Source: Octopus bimaculoides
Lineage: Eukaryota
Direction: 5' to 3'
Assembly (NCBI RefSeq): GCF_001194135.2
Contig: NC_068995.1
Location: 16,720,089 to 16,765,643 of the forward strand
Length of the DNA stretch: 45,555 nucleotides
The position numbers and the translations under genes were made by a program. Shown here one piece after another: positions 21,996 through 34,900 of this stretch; position 1 is the stretch's first letter; each line of letters starts with the position of its first letter. The notes under the pieces are model-generated. The model was not told the origin of the DNA. It was given only the letters and a program-made list of their open reading frames with translations, and made no database searches.

Positions 21996-23409
21996 TCGTT
22001 GAAACCAACGAAGCATCCATCATATTATCAACCTCAGTGTGCGAAGGATTAGCAAAATCGTTACAGCATCAGACAATATGTACTGCAGTATTTGATATGG
22101 TTCTTTATGCTCTTATTTCGAATCCCGCTGAGGTCAAATGCCTTTCATCTTCCTGGTTCGATAAAATAAATATCACTCAACAAATGGAATCAATATAATC
22201 GACTGTTCATGCTGACCCAAACTTGTTGTTCTTGTGTCTATGCATGTATGTAATCATATTATCGATCATAGAAGATTGAAAAGCAAAATCAAGTCCAACG
22301 TGATTTCATCTCAAAATTTGACTTTTAACTCATATCATATATACATATACGTCTGCGTCTATGTGTGTATGCATGCATATATACATGAATATAAATATGT
22401 GTATACATACATACATATATGCATATATGTACATGTGTGTGTGTGTGTATTTGTGTGTGTGTGCATATATAAGTTTAAGCGTGCGTGTTGTGTATGAACA
22501 CATTTATATAATTTTGGAGAGAAACGGAGTGGAATGAGTGGAGAGAAACGATCCTAATTAGATGTGTACAATTCTGAACACGAATCAGATTGATTTAATT
22601 TCATGTTTTGGCAAATGGTAAACTCGTGGGCTCGGTTTCGAATTTACACAAACCGAGCAAACTTCACAGACAGTATTGTAAAACAAAGGTATGTCAGTTT
22701 TTTTTTTTATTGTACCATAATCAATTCTCAAATCTTGTGGAATCTAATGAAATGAACTGAAAAATTCCTGTTTCATCACTACTTGGTCAAAATATTATGT
22801 ACAGTGGTTGAACAACCACCTGATTTATTCATTGACTTGACCATGCACATAATTTCAGAGGCTGGTCATGACCATGACTATACTTTGTCTCTTTATTTAA
22901 CCGCGGTTAAGATTTTCGCTATAGGTTATGCTGTTACTGATTTTCAATTATAAATAAATGAAATGTGTCGCATCTACGAATAAAAGAGAAAAGTAGAAGT
23001 AACAAATACAAAGCAAGGTCGTAATGACTCTCCAGTTTCAAAGTTAAATTTTAAAGCGGCTACATCTGACTCACAAAGTCTTCATGTTTTAAACCCAAAC
23101 TGGCAAGATCTCGCTTTTCACATTTATCCTACATTGTTATTCTAAAATCAACATTGACATCATGGCAATCTCAAAGCTACGAGATAAATGGGTGGTGGAT
23201 TCGAAACAATGAGAATAAATAAGCACTACATTTAACAGAGTAATCTGAATGCTACAGAATTAATGTCATCAGAAATCCAAAGGTTTCACAAACTGTATCG
23301 TGGGGTCAGCTACATAACCAACACCTTATTAAATGGGTTCAGTGGCGTGAGGTATACCCTGATAATACCGGGAGGCAGAAACTTTAAGCAGGACGTCTAA
23401 GGTCCATTT

Positions 23410-23410
<1 letters not shown>

Positions 23411-23452
<42 letters not shown>

Positions 23453-23478
23453 AAGTAGTAGTAGTAGTTGTAGTAGTA

Positions 23479-23575
<97 letters not shown>

Positions 23576-23989
23576 AAGAAGAAGTAGACGTTGTTGTCGT
23601 GGTATTTGTGGCTGTGTTGTTGTTTGTTCTGAGGTCATCTCTAATCGAGCATGATAAGGATGTCGATGATGTTACTCGTTACTGGGACAATAAGGAGGAT
23701 GGCGAAATTCGCGACGCTGCTGCTTCTTCTGCATCTGCTACTGATGATGGCGAAGACACATTTGGCGTTGTTGTTGGTTGCAGTACTTGTTGCAGCGAAG
23801 ATGATAACGACGATACGATGTTGGTTTAGTTGCTGTTGCCGGTGGTGGCGGTGATGGTAGTGATGATGGTGATGGTGATGATGATGATAATGTCGATGTT
23901 GATGATTATAGGGTGATGATGATAATGTGTGCGATGATGACGACAGCGATGATGATGATGATGGATGGTGATGGTGGTGATGATGATGT

Positions 23990-24039
<50 letters not shown>

Positions 24040-24046
24040 CTGATGG

Positions 24047-24098
<52 letters not shown>

Positions 24099-24140
24099 AA
24101 TGTTGATGGACTGTGATGATGATGGTGATGATGATGTGGA
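23411..24140. repeat. (GTA)n and (GAT/GGT)n trinucleotide arrays with a degenerate linker
   Basis: Direct reading. Source of poly-S/V/D/M/L ORFs. Confidence 0.95.
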
Positions 24141-25703
24141 TGATTGCAATGGTGGTCAGTCATAAACTACGAGAAAGCAATTCCAACGTCACATGGTGTC
24201 CTGCAATCCAGCTTTGTTAGCTCAATTAATTACGCTTAATTTCAAGGCGTTTCACTACATGCGCACAGAACTGGTCCCTGCAATAAATAATGGCCATGTT
24301 AGAAAAGAAGGGAGAGAGAGAGAGAAAGAGAGATGGAGATGGAGAGAAAGAGAGTGCATGTTAAAATAGAGAGAAATTGAGGAGTGGGAGAGAAAGAAAG
24401 CGCGTGAGTGAGTGCGTATGTACGAGAGATGGCATGTTACAAAGACGTAAAATAGAGAGAGAATGGAAAGACAAGGAGAGAATAATGAGAGATAGAAATG
24501 AAATAGAGGGCTAGATGTGAGAGAGAGAAAGGGAGAAAGAGAAAGATAGGGAATGTATCTGTGTAAGTGAGAGAGAAAGCAAGAGAGGGAACGTATGAAA
24601 TCTAGAAGGAGAGCATGTGTTAGAACGGTAAAAGAAAGGTAAATAATAATAATAATAATAATAAGAGAATAATGGGAAGTAGAAAAATAATAGGTTAGAA
24701 AATAGAGAGCGAAAGAGTGAGGGAAAGAGGGAATGCATTTATAATATATAAAGAGAGAGGGGTGTGTATTTGTTAGAAAGACAAAGAAAGAGAGACAGAA
24801 TAAAGAGAAATAGAGATTAATGAGAAGTTGAAAATAAAGGTGTCAGGAGATTATAAATGATAAAGTGAGATAATAGTAATATAGAAAGTAAGAAAAAGGG
24901 GAAATAACATAAAGGCGGAGGATTTGAATGGTTGATGTTACTGTTGCTGGTTCGTTCGAAATCAGCGCTGATCGAGCAGATCTATGGTCAGAAGATTCCA
25001 GGCGTGACATTTCCGTCTTTGATGGAGGTTTCGCCGCTCTTTCTACCATATTGAGCGACCAAGTGCATGTTAGTCTGTTGGCTGGTTTTCGAATACTTGC
25101 AAAGAAAGAGTACATTAGTAATACACAACACTGTATTACTAATGTACTCTTTCTTTGCATCTGTATAACACGATTTTGTATAACACGAAATCTGTAAAAC
25201 ACGATTTTTATCCTTGGGTAGCAACAGTTATTTCCTAATTGCTCACCCCTAGAAAGTCTGAAAAATGGCTAATATTTCTTTCAAATTTTGCTTTTGTTAC
25301 AATTATTCAAACACCAAAGAATCCCGTTCAACACATGGCTATAAAACTTCCTCACATGGCTATGATAGTTGCAGGAGTCCTTCTCATGATCAGAAATGGA
25401 TATATTGTCTGCTATTAAGAAACATGGTCAAGTTTTTAAGCAAGTCTGTGTTATTGAGCAGAATATTTGATGTTGTGATATTTCTGCTTCAGCAATTCAG
25501 TGCTGAATCTGCCTGAAATTTAATGGAAAATAGGTAAGTTTCAAAACACAGATGCCCAGGGCACAAAAGTAAAGTTTGAAGGGAATAGTAGTCATATCCT
25601 TTGATTTCTGGCTAGAAGCAAATAGGAAATAATATTTACTGATCATAGAAGAAAACCTAAAACTTGTGTTACAGTGTAACTGGAGTAGAAGATTTAAGGG
25701 AAA

Positions 25704-25705
<2 letters not shown>

Positions 25706-25790
<85 letters not shown>
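25706..25790. repeat. (GA)n microsatellite
   Basis: Direct reading. Confidence 0.95.
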
Positions 25791-25794
<4 letters not shown>

Positions 25795-25857
25795 GGGGAG
25801 GGCGCTAGCGAAAGAGAAAGTATGAGAAGGATAAATAGAGAGAGAGATAGAGATATG

Positions 25858-26285
25858 TAGGCTGTGTAGCATGTAGCTTGCTTACTAAGCACAAGATTCC
25901 GAATTCAGTCCCACTGCGTGGCACCTTGGGCAAGTGTCTTCTACTATGGCCTCGGGCCGACCAAAACCTTGTGAGAGGATTTGGTAGACGGAAACTGAAA
26001 GAAGCCCGTTGTATATATGTATATGCATATATATGTGTGTGTTTGCGTTTGTGTTTGTGTTTGTGTATCTGTGTTTGTTCTCCCAACATCGCTTGACAAC
26101 CGATGCTGGCATGTTTACGTCTCCGTAACTTAGCGGTTCGGCAAAAAGAGCCCGATGGAATAAGTACTAGGCTTACAAAGAATAGGTCCTGGGGTCGATT
26201 TGCTCGACTAAAGGCGGTGCTCCAGCATGGCCGCAGTCAAATGACTGAAACAAGTAAAAGAGTAAGTGTAAGAGTAAAGTAAAGA
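25858..26285 (+). mobile_element. Full-length tRNA-derived SINE family B with internal (TA/TG) microsatellite
   Basis: Head ...aattcagtcccactgcgtggcaccttgggcaagtg, ggatttggtagacggaaactgaaagaagccc, tail ggtgctccagcatggccgcagtcaaatgactgaaacaagtaaaaga. Confidence 0.9.
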
Positions 26286-27092
26286 GAGTAGTCCTAAAAC
26301 TAATAACGTTTGTGGCCGCGTGCGTAAAAGCCGTATAGGCAAAATAGATAATTAAACGTACACACAGTTAATCACAAGTTTAAAATGGTGTATATATATG
26401 TATGTATGTGTGTGTCTGTGTGTGAGTGTTTTTGCGATGGACAGCAGCAAAGCCACCTCTCTCCTGAAAGCTGCGTATTCCTTACACCCATCTTTCTTTT
26501 CCTTCCTCGGTGTTTTAAAAGTTAGTTATGGGTATGTTCATGTATGCGTGCGTGTGTGTGTATGTATGCATGTATCTATGTATTTACGAAAGTATGTATG
26601 CAGCGTCACGTGTGCATTCGCAAATGACAGCTGTATTAACGTTCTCATCTTACTGCCACTCCATATTTTTCGCTTACACAACGCTGTCCGCCCCTTCTCT
26701 GATATCAGCTTCACTTACGATGCCACCACATTTCCCTCACACTAATACTCTTTACGCCCGTCTAATTTTATCAAATAATAGCCCAATTTTTTATTCAAAT
26801 CCAGTTAGCCTATAATGGAACTAGCTATTAGTTTAACATGTATGCAGAGTTTCGTCAAGAATGGTTCACAGAGATGTTCTTGAAGCTGAGGAATTTGAAT
26901 TCACGGAGACAATACTTACATATCGCCTGAGGAAGCACAACTAGATCTTGTGATGCAGGGAAACAGTTGCAAATTCAAGTGCCTGTACACCTGGAGGACT
27001 ACGTTGCGTGGAAACAATTGTAGTGATCAAAAAATAAAGTCCAACCATACTCCTTCTTGATGACTGCAATTCTTCAGTTATACATACATACA

Positions 27093-27124
<32 letters not shown>

Positions 27125-27146
27125 GATAATACTAAAAGTCTGTGAT

Positions 27147-27545
27147 TGCTTGCACGCTTGTCTGTAATTTAATACAGGCAAACAGGCGCATAATGGGAAA
27201 ATATCCTGAAAGTAAGGTACCCCTAAAATGTGAATGCAAACAGATTTCGCGTAAATCGAACCACAAAATCCTGAGCTACGCGGTGTTTTTGGTTTGTTTC
27301 CACAAATTTAAGAAGTGAAGCCTGGAGTTATTGTCATTTACTGTGAACACCTGGATAGTTTTGTTTGCGTGTTTGTTTGCGTGCATGCTTGTCTGTAATT
27401 TAATACAGTCAAACCGTCGTATAATGGGAAAATACTCTGAAAGTAAAGAGTCCCTGAAACGTGAATACAAACGGAATAAAACAAGTTGCGCGTAAATCGG
27501 ACCACGGTTTCCCGACGTACACGGTTTTTTCGGGTATCTTGAACT
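27147..27545 (+). mobile_element. Two diverged tandem copies of a Tc1/pogo(Tigger)-like left end with shared flank
   Basis: gcttgtctgtaatttaaTA|CAG(G/T)CAAAC..cg.ataatgggaaaata..ctgaaagtaa occurs at ~27154 and ~27387. TA-CAGTCAAAC is typical of pogo-family TIR starts. Confidence 0.5.
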
Positions 27546-28100
27546 ATTGTTATCCAACGGGTCACGGGTAGTCTAATATGTATATATAAATCTCTGTCAT
27601 GTTTGTGTATCTGCATGTAAAAGTGAGTGTGTGTGTGTGTCTGTGTGAGAGAGAAAAACGAGAGAAAGAGAGACAGAGGGAGGCAGGGGTTAGAGAGAAA
27701 GACGTCAGATTACCATTGTGGCAGAGAGATTTCTCCATCTTCCTCGATTGTGGAAAGTACATGGCTCTAGGGATAAGTATGAGATGGTGTTTAACCCCAG
27801 GTAAATTCTGACTGCACATTTATATAATCAAAGATATTCCTGTCAAGAACACCCAGTCTTATTCAAATAAGACTGGGCGTTCTTGGTCAAAGTAAATATA
27901 GTGTCTTCACTCCAGATTGACCGGCATATATAGTGGGTATGTGTCATTTGAGTATGAGAGTTTAAAAGAGAAAGACGAAGGAGGAAAGTGAGACGACATG
28001 GGAGAGAAGTAAAGGCTTAATGAGTGAGGTGTGTTAGAAAGTAAAGAGAAACAAGCATAGATAAGGAAAATCAGTAGATTTAAAGAGAAAAAGTATGATC

Positions 28101-28135
<35 letters not shown>

Positions 28136-28162
28136 GAAGGAAACGCAGAGATAGAGATAACC

Positions 28163-28568
28163 TTTTATTCTTTTACTTGTTTCAGTCATTAGACTACGGC
28201 CATGCTGGAGCACCGCCTTGAAGGGTTTTAGTCGAACAAATCGACCCTAGGACTTATTTTTTTTAATGCTGATTACTTATTCTATCCGTCTGTTTTGCCG
28301 AACCGTAAGGTAATAAGGACGATGTCACACCAACACCGATTGTCAAACGGTTAGTGGGGAGCAAACATAGACAAAAACACACACAAACACACGCACACAC
28401 ATACACACAAACACATATATATACGACGTGATTCTTTCAGTTTCCGTCTACCAAATCCATTCACAAGGCTAGCATAGTAAAGTCACTTGCACAGGCTTCC
28501 ACGCAGAGATACTGAACCCGGAACCATGCGGTTGAGCAGCAAGGTACTTACCGCAGAGACACGCCTGA
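28163..28568 (-). mobile_element. SINE family B, near full length
   Basis: Reverse complement of the 25858 element (cttgtttcagtcatt..gccatgctggagcaccgcc; ttctttcagtttccgtctaccaaatcc; tgaacccggaaccatg). Confidence 0.9.
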
Positions 28569-28584
28569 TAAGTAAATGCATACA

Positions 28585-28656
28585 TTGGCAGATAGGTAGA
28601 TAGATAAATAGGTAGGTAGGTAGGTAGGTAGATAGGTAGATAAATAGATAGGTAGG

Positions 28657-28703
<47 letters not shown>

Positions 28704-28705
28704 GG
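28585..28705. repeat. (GTAG)n/(GATA)n tetranucleotide microsatellite
   Basis: Direct reading. Confidence 0.95.
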
Positions 28706-29789
28706 AGACAGACACATAGTGAAAGAGAGTCAGACAGATAAGGAAGAACAGAAAGACACACACATACACACACACGGACAAACTCAGAGGCAAACATCTA
28801 TGCACGCGCGCGCACGCGAGCACGCTTACAGAGTGGGTACACGGTGAGAACGAGACTATTTGAGCTGTGCCATGTCAGTTGTGTTTAGGACAATTTATGA
28901 CAGTGCAGTGTTGCAATGAGTGAGTTCCATTAATAACACCTGTAAAGGCCAAGTATTAGCTCTACTGATCAATGGTTTGGCTTTGTTAATGAATGGTATC
29001 GGCTGATTCAGTTGGAACATATTTACAGTCAACATCCACTAACAGAACACACGCTTAGCAATCGGCATTACTTTTACCACACACACGCACACTGACTCAC
29101 AAACAAACACTGAAATACACAGGCACACATACACGCTCACACACACATGCTGATAAGTACACACAGCATACAGATGCTCAGCAATACGTACACACACACA
29201 TACACATACACACTAATACATGCACATATACACAGCACACAGACGCACAGCAAGACGTATTCGTGCAAATTCATATATAAATATACGTAACCGCACATGT
29301 ATTGGATCTCTGAAATGAAATCAATAATCCTGTAGTCCTGTAAGGGATAGATTGGCGGCTTGAATCCTATCAGTCGGAGTGTTATTGTTCCTTTTATTCA
29401 TTCCAATGCCCCACGATCGCTACACACAGCAAAGATACAAACATCTAGGTGATACACACTAGTGATTAACAACACGTAAAAAAACTCTAATTTGTTGCAA
29501 ATTTTGGCCTCGTTAACTCCAAAGCGTTCTCATACTTTACATACACAACATAGCTAAACACTGCATCACAACAACTGCGGTTCTTTTTTAGCGCCAATAA
29601 TAACTTTACACCTTGCTCATTTTCTATCTTTCTGCAGATCTCAAAATATATTGCCCTTAGAGTATTGTTGACATATCTACAATGCTACTGCTTCGATGCA
29701 TACGAACAACAGTGCATAAAAATGAAGGCATTTCACTCATTACTAAATATTCTTTCGCGAATACGACTCTGTCACAAATAAGACTATTT

Positions 29790-30512
29790 CCTTAAAATCC
29801 CGAGCTGATATCTGCTCTTCTCTCCATTCTCGCGAACTCATTTCTCCCTTTTTGGATAGACTTGTGACTGGTGAAGAAAAGTGGATCTTCTATCGAAATG
29901 CTAAACGTCGTAAACAGCGGCATGTTAAAAGGGAACAAACTCAACCACAACCGAGAAGGGAACTTCATGGGAAAAAGGTTCTTCTCTCTATCTGGTGGGA
30001 TTGCAAAGGAGTAATTCACTTTGAATTGTTACCACATAATGCAACAATCAATACTCAAGTCTACTGTCAGCAATTAGAACGTTTGAACCAAGATTTGGAG
30101 AAAAAAATACCCGATTTAGTGAACCGAAAAGGAGTGATGTTTCATCAGAGCAACGCGCGACTCCACACTGCCATGATCACATACAGAAGATCCAAGAGCT
30201 TGGTGGGAAAAAAATTCCTCATCCACCTTATTCTCCCGACCTTGCTCCTTCAGACTACCATTTGTTTTGTAGTTTACAGAATCATTTGGGGGACATAACA
30301 TTCGCAAGCCAGGAGGAACTCGAAACTGACATTTCAGAGTTCTTCGCTTTGAAGCCAAACGAGTTTTACATTGATGGGATTAAAAAGTTTGTAAATGACG
30401 TCATAGATAATCAGGAAAAGTACATTGATGATTAAATTTCCATTAAATATAACATTTGACCACTTGTTTTCATTATTAAAAATTCGGACAGAACTTATGG
30501 GATGACCTGATA
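29790..30512 (+). mobile_element. Mariner (DD34D) transposon, 5'-truncated, inactive
   Basis: FLDRLVTGEEKWIFY, KKVLLSIWWDCKGVIHFELL, HQSNARLH, and in a shifted frame PYSPDLAPSDYHLF. Right TIR-like aattcggacagaacttatgggatgacctga followed by TA at ~30481-30512. Confidence 0.92.
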
Positions 30513-31309
30513 TTTTGTGTTTAAAGCATTAACATTTTGGCAATTATGGTAAGCTTATGCTTCCACTGTTGATCTTCATTATGAGTGAAATGGCTTCAGG
30601 AGTTATTTCCCATGCTTGTCGGGGAACAAATGATATTAGACAGCAATTAATATCATTTAAAATATATAGGATATTACTTTTGGTATTTCTATGCTTGAAA
30701 CATTAAGAATGCTTTTATTCACTTAACTATGAAAAAGTATTTATTTCAGTTATCTCAGAGAAAGGATAAAATGCAGATGAGTTCCGACATTTTTGTAAAG
30801 TATTATAGCATAGTCAATTCAATTAACTTTTCACTCATTTTATATTAAATTAAAATAAATCCATATTAAACGAATTAGATGAATATTTTGACATACGAAA
30901 TTTATTTTCTTTATATTTCATGAGGAACTGGTTATCCAGGTTTCAAGGTAAGTGTTTTAGTCGGCTGAGTTGTTCTCAGTTAAATAATCTACTGCTAGTG
31001 AACGCAAAATCGCCACGGCGTGAGTGGACATTAGGAAAAATCTTCAGAGGAAGAACTCCCGTAAAACAATTGTTTCATCCCATCAGTTTGTGACAATCTA
31101 AAGACGCTGGGTCCATTTAGGTATTGACTCCTAAGTGTTTTCCTGCTGTTACTTAAATGCCACCTTCAATTGAGATTGAACTCAGAACTTTTGGAAGAGG
31201 TTATTGCTCGGTTACACAGGCCACCACATGAAGTTGCCCTGTCTCAAACTGGGTTTCTTTCTTACTACATTTTTAGTGGCTTGTATATCTTTTCAGTTCC
31301 ATCTACCAT

Positions 31310-31480
31310 TCCGTTTTGTTCATGACTGCATTGAGCTTTTCTCAGCTATCTCTTACAAATAGTTCATTTTCGCTTTTCTTTTGACTTGATTCCGAGCTGA
31401 CTAAGTAGTTGGTACGTGGACGCTGCGATGAATCTTCGTGCGCCACCTCCTATTGCTTTTACTGCAGTTATTTTACTACC
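31310..31480 (-). mobile_element. Remnant of an RLE-type non-LTR element C-terminus (NeSL/HERO-like)
   Basis: AIGGGARRFIAASTYQLLSQLGIKSKEKRK*..IAEKSS resembles the eVG.RGF...S...LL..LGi....AE..S.WiW consensus. Confidence 0.45.
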
Positions 31481-32589
31481 TCACGGGGAGAAAAAAGACG
31501 AGAAACACGCCAGTTCGAATTAATATTTGTGAACAGATAATTGGAATAAAATAAGTCAGACATGTATTTTAATGATACGTCGTGCTTTTATAGATACAAA
31601 ATATTTACATAAGATTTAAATTCTGTGTCATAAATGTAAAGAAAAAACTAAAGATTTGTATCAGATAAATATAAATTAGTACAGCTATTGTAGAATATAT
31701 CGTATCACAAACTGCATAGAAATATTTTCAAAATCTTGAATATTATACGAGAAGGAATGGTGTTCGCCAATGAACAGAACATGTGGTTATATGGAAAAAG
31801 CAATAAGTAGTAATGTATAAAAATGCATTATACCATTCGTCCATATTCTATTTCCTGTACTTTGGTAGTTATTGTATTTGCCTTTTAGTTTCCGTTTCCA
31901 GATCCATTTCACTCAAGAAAATAGTTTCGTCAGCATAATTGCACATAATCTTTACCGTTCTCAGCCGCTACATAATCCATACATATATTTATATACCTCG
32001 TATATATTTTACTGTATGAAATTTTCTTGATTTCGTGTCCCACCTTACGTCATCTGTTCTTGTTACCGCTTCCAGATCCATTTTAGAAATATTAATTCGG
32101 CGCCATATATACAACCACTTTTACTGTTATTAGCCTTTATATATTCCATATGTGTATCTACTAGACCTAGTATTTATCCACTCTATTTATCAAATATTGA
32201 ATACATACTCCGCTCTCCGTTAACCAGCCAATCTGCAATTATATTTTGTAAAACTCAAATTATGTTAGGAAGAGATGGAGAATAATAATGAAACTGTAAA
32301 GAAAGTAAAACAGTTTGTGAGTTCATCTCTTTCCTCCTTTACTGTAAGTCAGGTTTATACTTATATATCTTCTATTATTTTTGTTTCATTCCATTTATTT
32401 TTGAAGGCTGTTTCTCTATTGTATCTCTAGAAATGGAAAAGAGTGTCAGTGACCTGGTCATAGACGTAGGACAAAATGACGCGACGTTTAATAGCATATC
32501 GTATACTATTACAGAGTAAATGTTGTGACACTTAATACCATAGTATATACTATTACAAAATAAGACCCAAGTTAATTTAACGCTGCATA

Positions 32590-32651
32590 CGTGTTTGATA
32601 TATATATATATATATATATGTTTGCTTCTCTGTGCGTGCGTGTGTGTGTAC

Positions 32652-32734
<83 letters not shown>

Positions 32735-32735
32735 G
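32590..32735. repeat. (TA)n/(TG)n/(GA)n compound microsatellite
   Basis: Direct reading. Confidence 0.95.
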
Positions 32736-33183
32736 TGAGGGAAAGTGTGCGTGTATGTGTCGCTTTGTTTAAAACAATGAATGCCATGAATCCAAGAGGA
32801 TAAAACTATTTTGTTTCAATTTCATATCCAATCATTTGCAGAACATGTAAAACGTTGTCATGGCCTCACATACACCCGTTCATACAAGCACACACTCACA
32901 CAAGTACATATATACATGCATACATACTCATATATGTATGTGTGTTCATGTGAGCGTATGTGATTGTGCACGCGTGTTTGTGCATATACGTATCTCCATG
33001 TGTGCGTTTTTACACAAAATGTATGTATGTGTTTGTGTTAGTGTTTCGCTGAGCTGATGCATGTTTTTGTATTTAAGTATAGGTTTTATATTTATATGCA
33101 TGCACGTGAATATGTATAACAGTTTATATGTATGTATTGTGTTGTACGCACCTGTATTCGTGTGTGTGACTATACGCGCATCG

Positions 33184-33218
<35 letters not shown>

Positions 33219-33769
33219 CGATTTTATTTGCTCTACTCTGTAGCTATAGATCGCTGAACAGAAAGAAAAATATTATAAAGCTAAATATAAACTTTAAAGG
33301 CGAAAAAAAAGGGAGTTATCTCACAGAAGGAAATGGAATCAACATTTCTAAATTGACTAACTTTGGTTTTCACAGAAATGAAAAAACTATCATAAAATAA
33401 AATAAAATAGCAGTATCAATAACGAACGCGAAAATAGATAAAAAAAATAGAAAGAACAAGAAAAAACAATAACACAGAGCTAAAACATGCATGAGGAAAA
33501 GGATCTCCAATATCGAATGCAATGCGCATTTCCGGTAACCCATCCAACAGACAAGATGGCAGCTACAGTAAATTGTGACTTTGGCGGTAAGACAGTCGAG
33601 TAGATGATCTCAACTTAAAATCTTGGTTGTTCATTGAAGATAACCTCTGATCTCTTACCTTCTCAGTGTCTCATCATGTTTCTATAAGAGATGTGCTTTA
33701 GATCCAATATTTGTGGAACACAACAACTGGCGCCTCAAGACAAAGCCACTCACACACAAATGGGCATTG

Positions 33770-33783
33770 TGCATATACACACA

Positions 33784-33856
<73 letters not shown>

Positions 33857-33923
33857 GCGTGTATGTGTGCATGTGTATGTATTTATGCATACATATTTAT
33901 GAATGAGTATATGTATATGGAAG

Positions 33924-33985
<62 letters not shown>

Positions 33986-34100
33986 ACTGTGTGTGTGTAT
34001 GTATACATATATAAGAATATATGTTTATAAAAATATATTTACGTATTTATACATGCAAAGAATAAAGCTGCGCATATATATACATATATTCACACACACA

Positions 34101-34164
<64 letters not shown>

Positions 34165-34170
34165 AGCATA
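33770..34170. repeat. (TACA)/(TA)/(TG)/(CA) compound microsatellite
   Basis: Direct reading. Confidence 0.95.
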
Positions 34171-34539
34171 TAGTAATGAATGCAGCTGCACTTTCTCCAG
34201 CTCCTCACGCTTGCACTCATAACTACTCGCACACAGATACACCCAACAAATGACCGTATGATATTACGATACATATGATCCGAACGTTGAAAGACGGTTT
34301 TACAGAGACCAGACAAGACATCAAAACAGCATCAATTGTTCTATACATAACGTTTATGTTACATTTATATATAAACACAATATCACTGAAATCTGAAATG
34401 ACATATCGTGTATATAAAATATTAGCATAAAATACTCCTGTCTAAACATATGTATTTACAATTAGCTGCATAAATACATATCGTAGAAAAGCATGGAATC
34501 AAGGAACAATGAGAATTCTTGATTACAAGTTGAGTTCTT

Positions 34540-34806
34540 TATATATATTTATGTATATACATACGTACATACACACACACACACACATACACACATATAT
34601 ATGTATATAAATATATGCGTATACATATGTGTACACATACATACATAAATGTATATACATACATATATATATGCATATATATATATACATACTTATAAAT
34701 ATATATATATTTACATATATGTACATGCATGCAAGCGTCTGTCTCGCTTTCTGACTACCAACATACCTATTTACCAACCTACCTACTTATCTACCTACCT
34801 ACCTAC

Positions 34807-34882
<76 letters not shown>

Positions 34883-34900
34883 ATATCTCTTCATCTATCT
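34540..34900. repeat. (TA/CA) and (CTAT)n microsatellites
   Basis: Direct reading. Confidence 0.95.

Noticed and set aside
23060-23270. Minus-strand exon candidate with gtgagt donor
   Set aside because: Stops in all three frames. The sequence looks like a degenerate interspersed repeat.
26924-26975. Fifth hammerhead-like string CTGAGGA..CACAA/TTGTG..GAAACAGTTGC
   Set aside because: Stem I is only 2 bp and there are unpaired bases between stem II and GAAA. Too degenerate to call.
26919-26990. Minus-strand segment GVQALEFATVSLHHKI*, resembling the first iGluR ATD helix, with a good acceptor and gtaagt donor
   Set aside because: In-frame TAG before the donor and no usable phase-1 donor. Possibly a pseudo-exon, but unsupported.
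33659-33681. 23-nt minus-strand mini-exon (ctcttatag / AAG|gtaaga)
   Set aside because: Strong sites but no link to any model. Could be UTR; untestable here.
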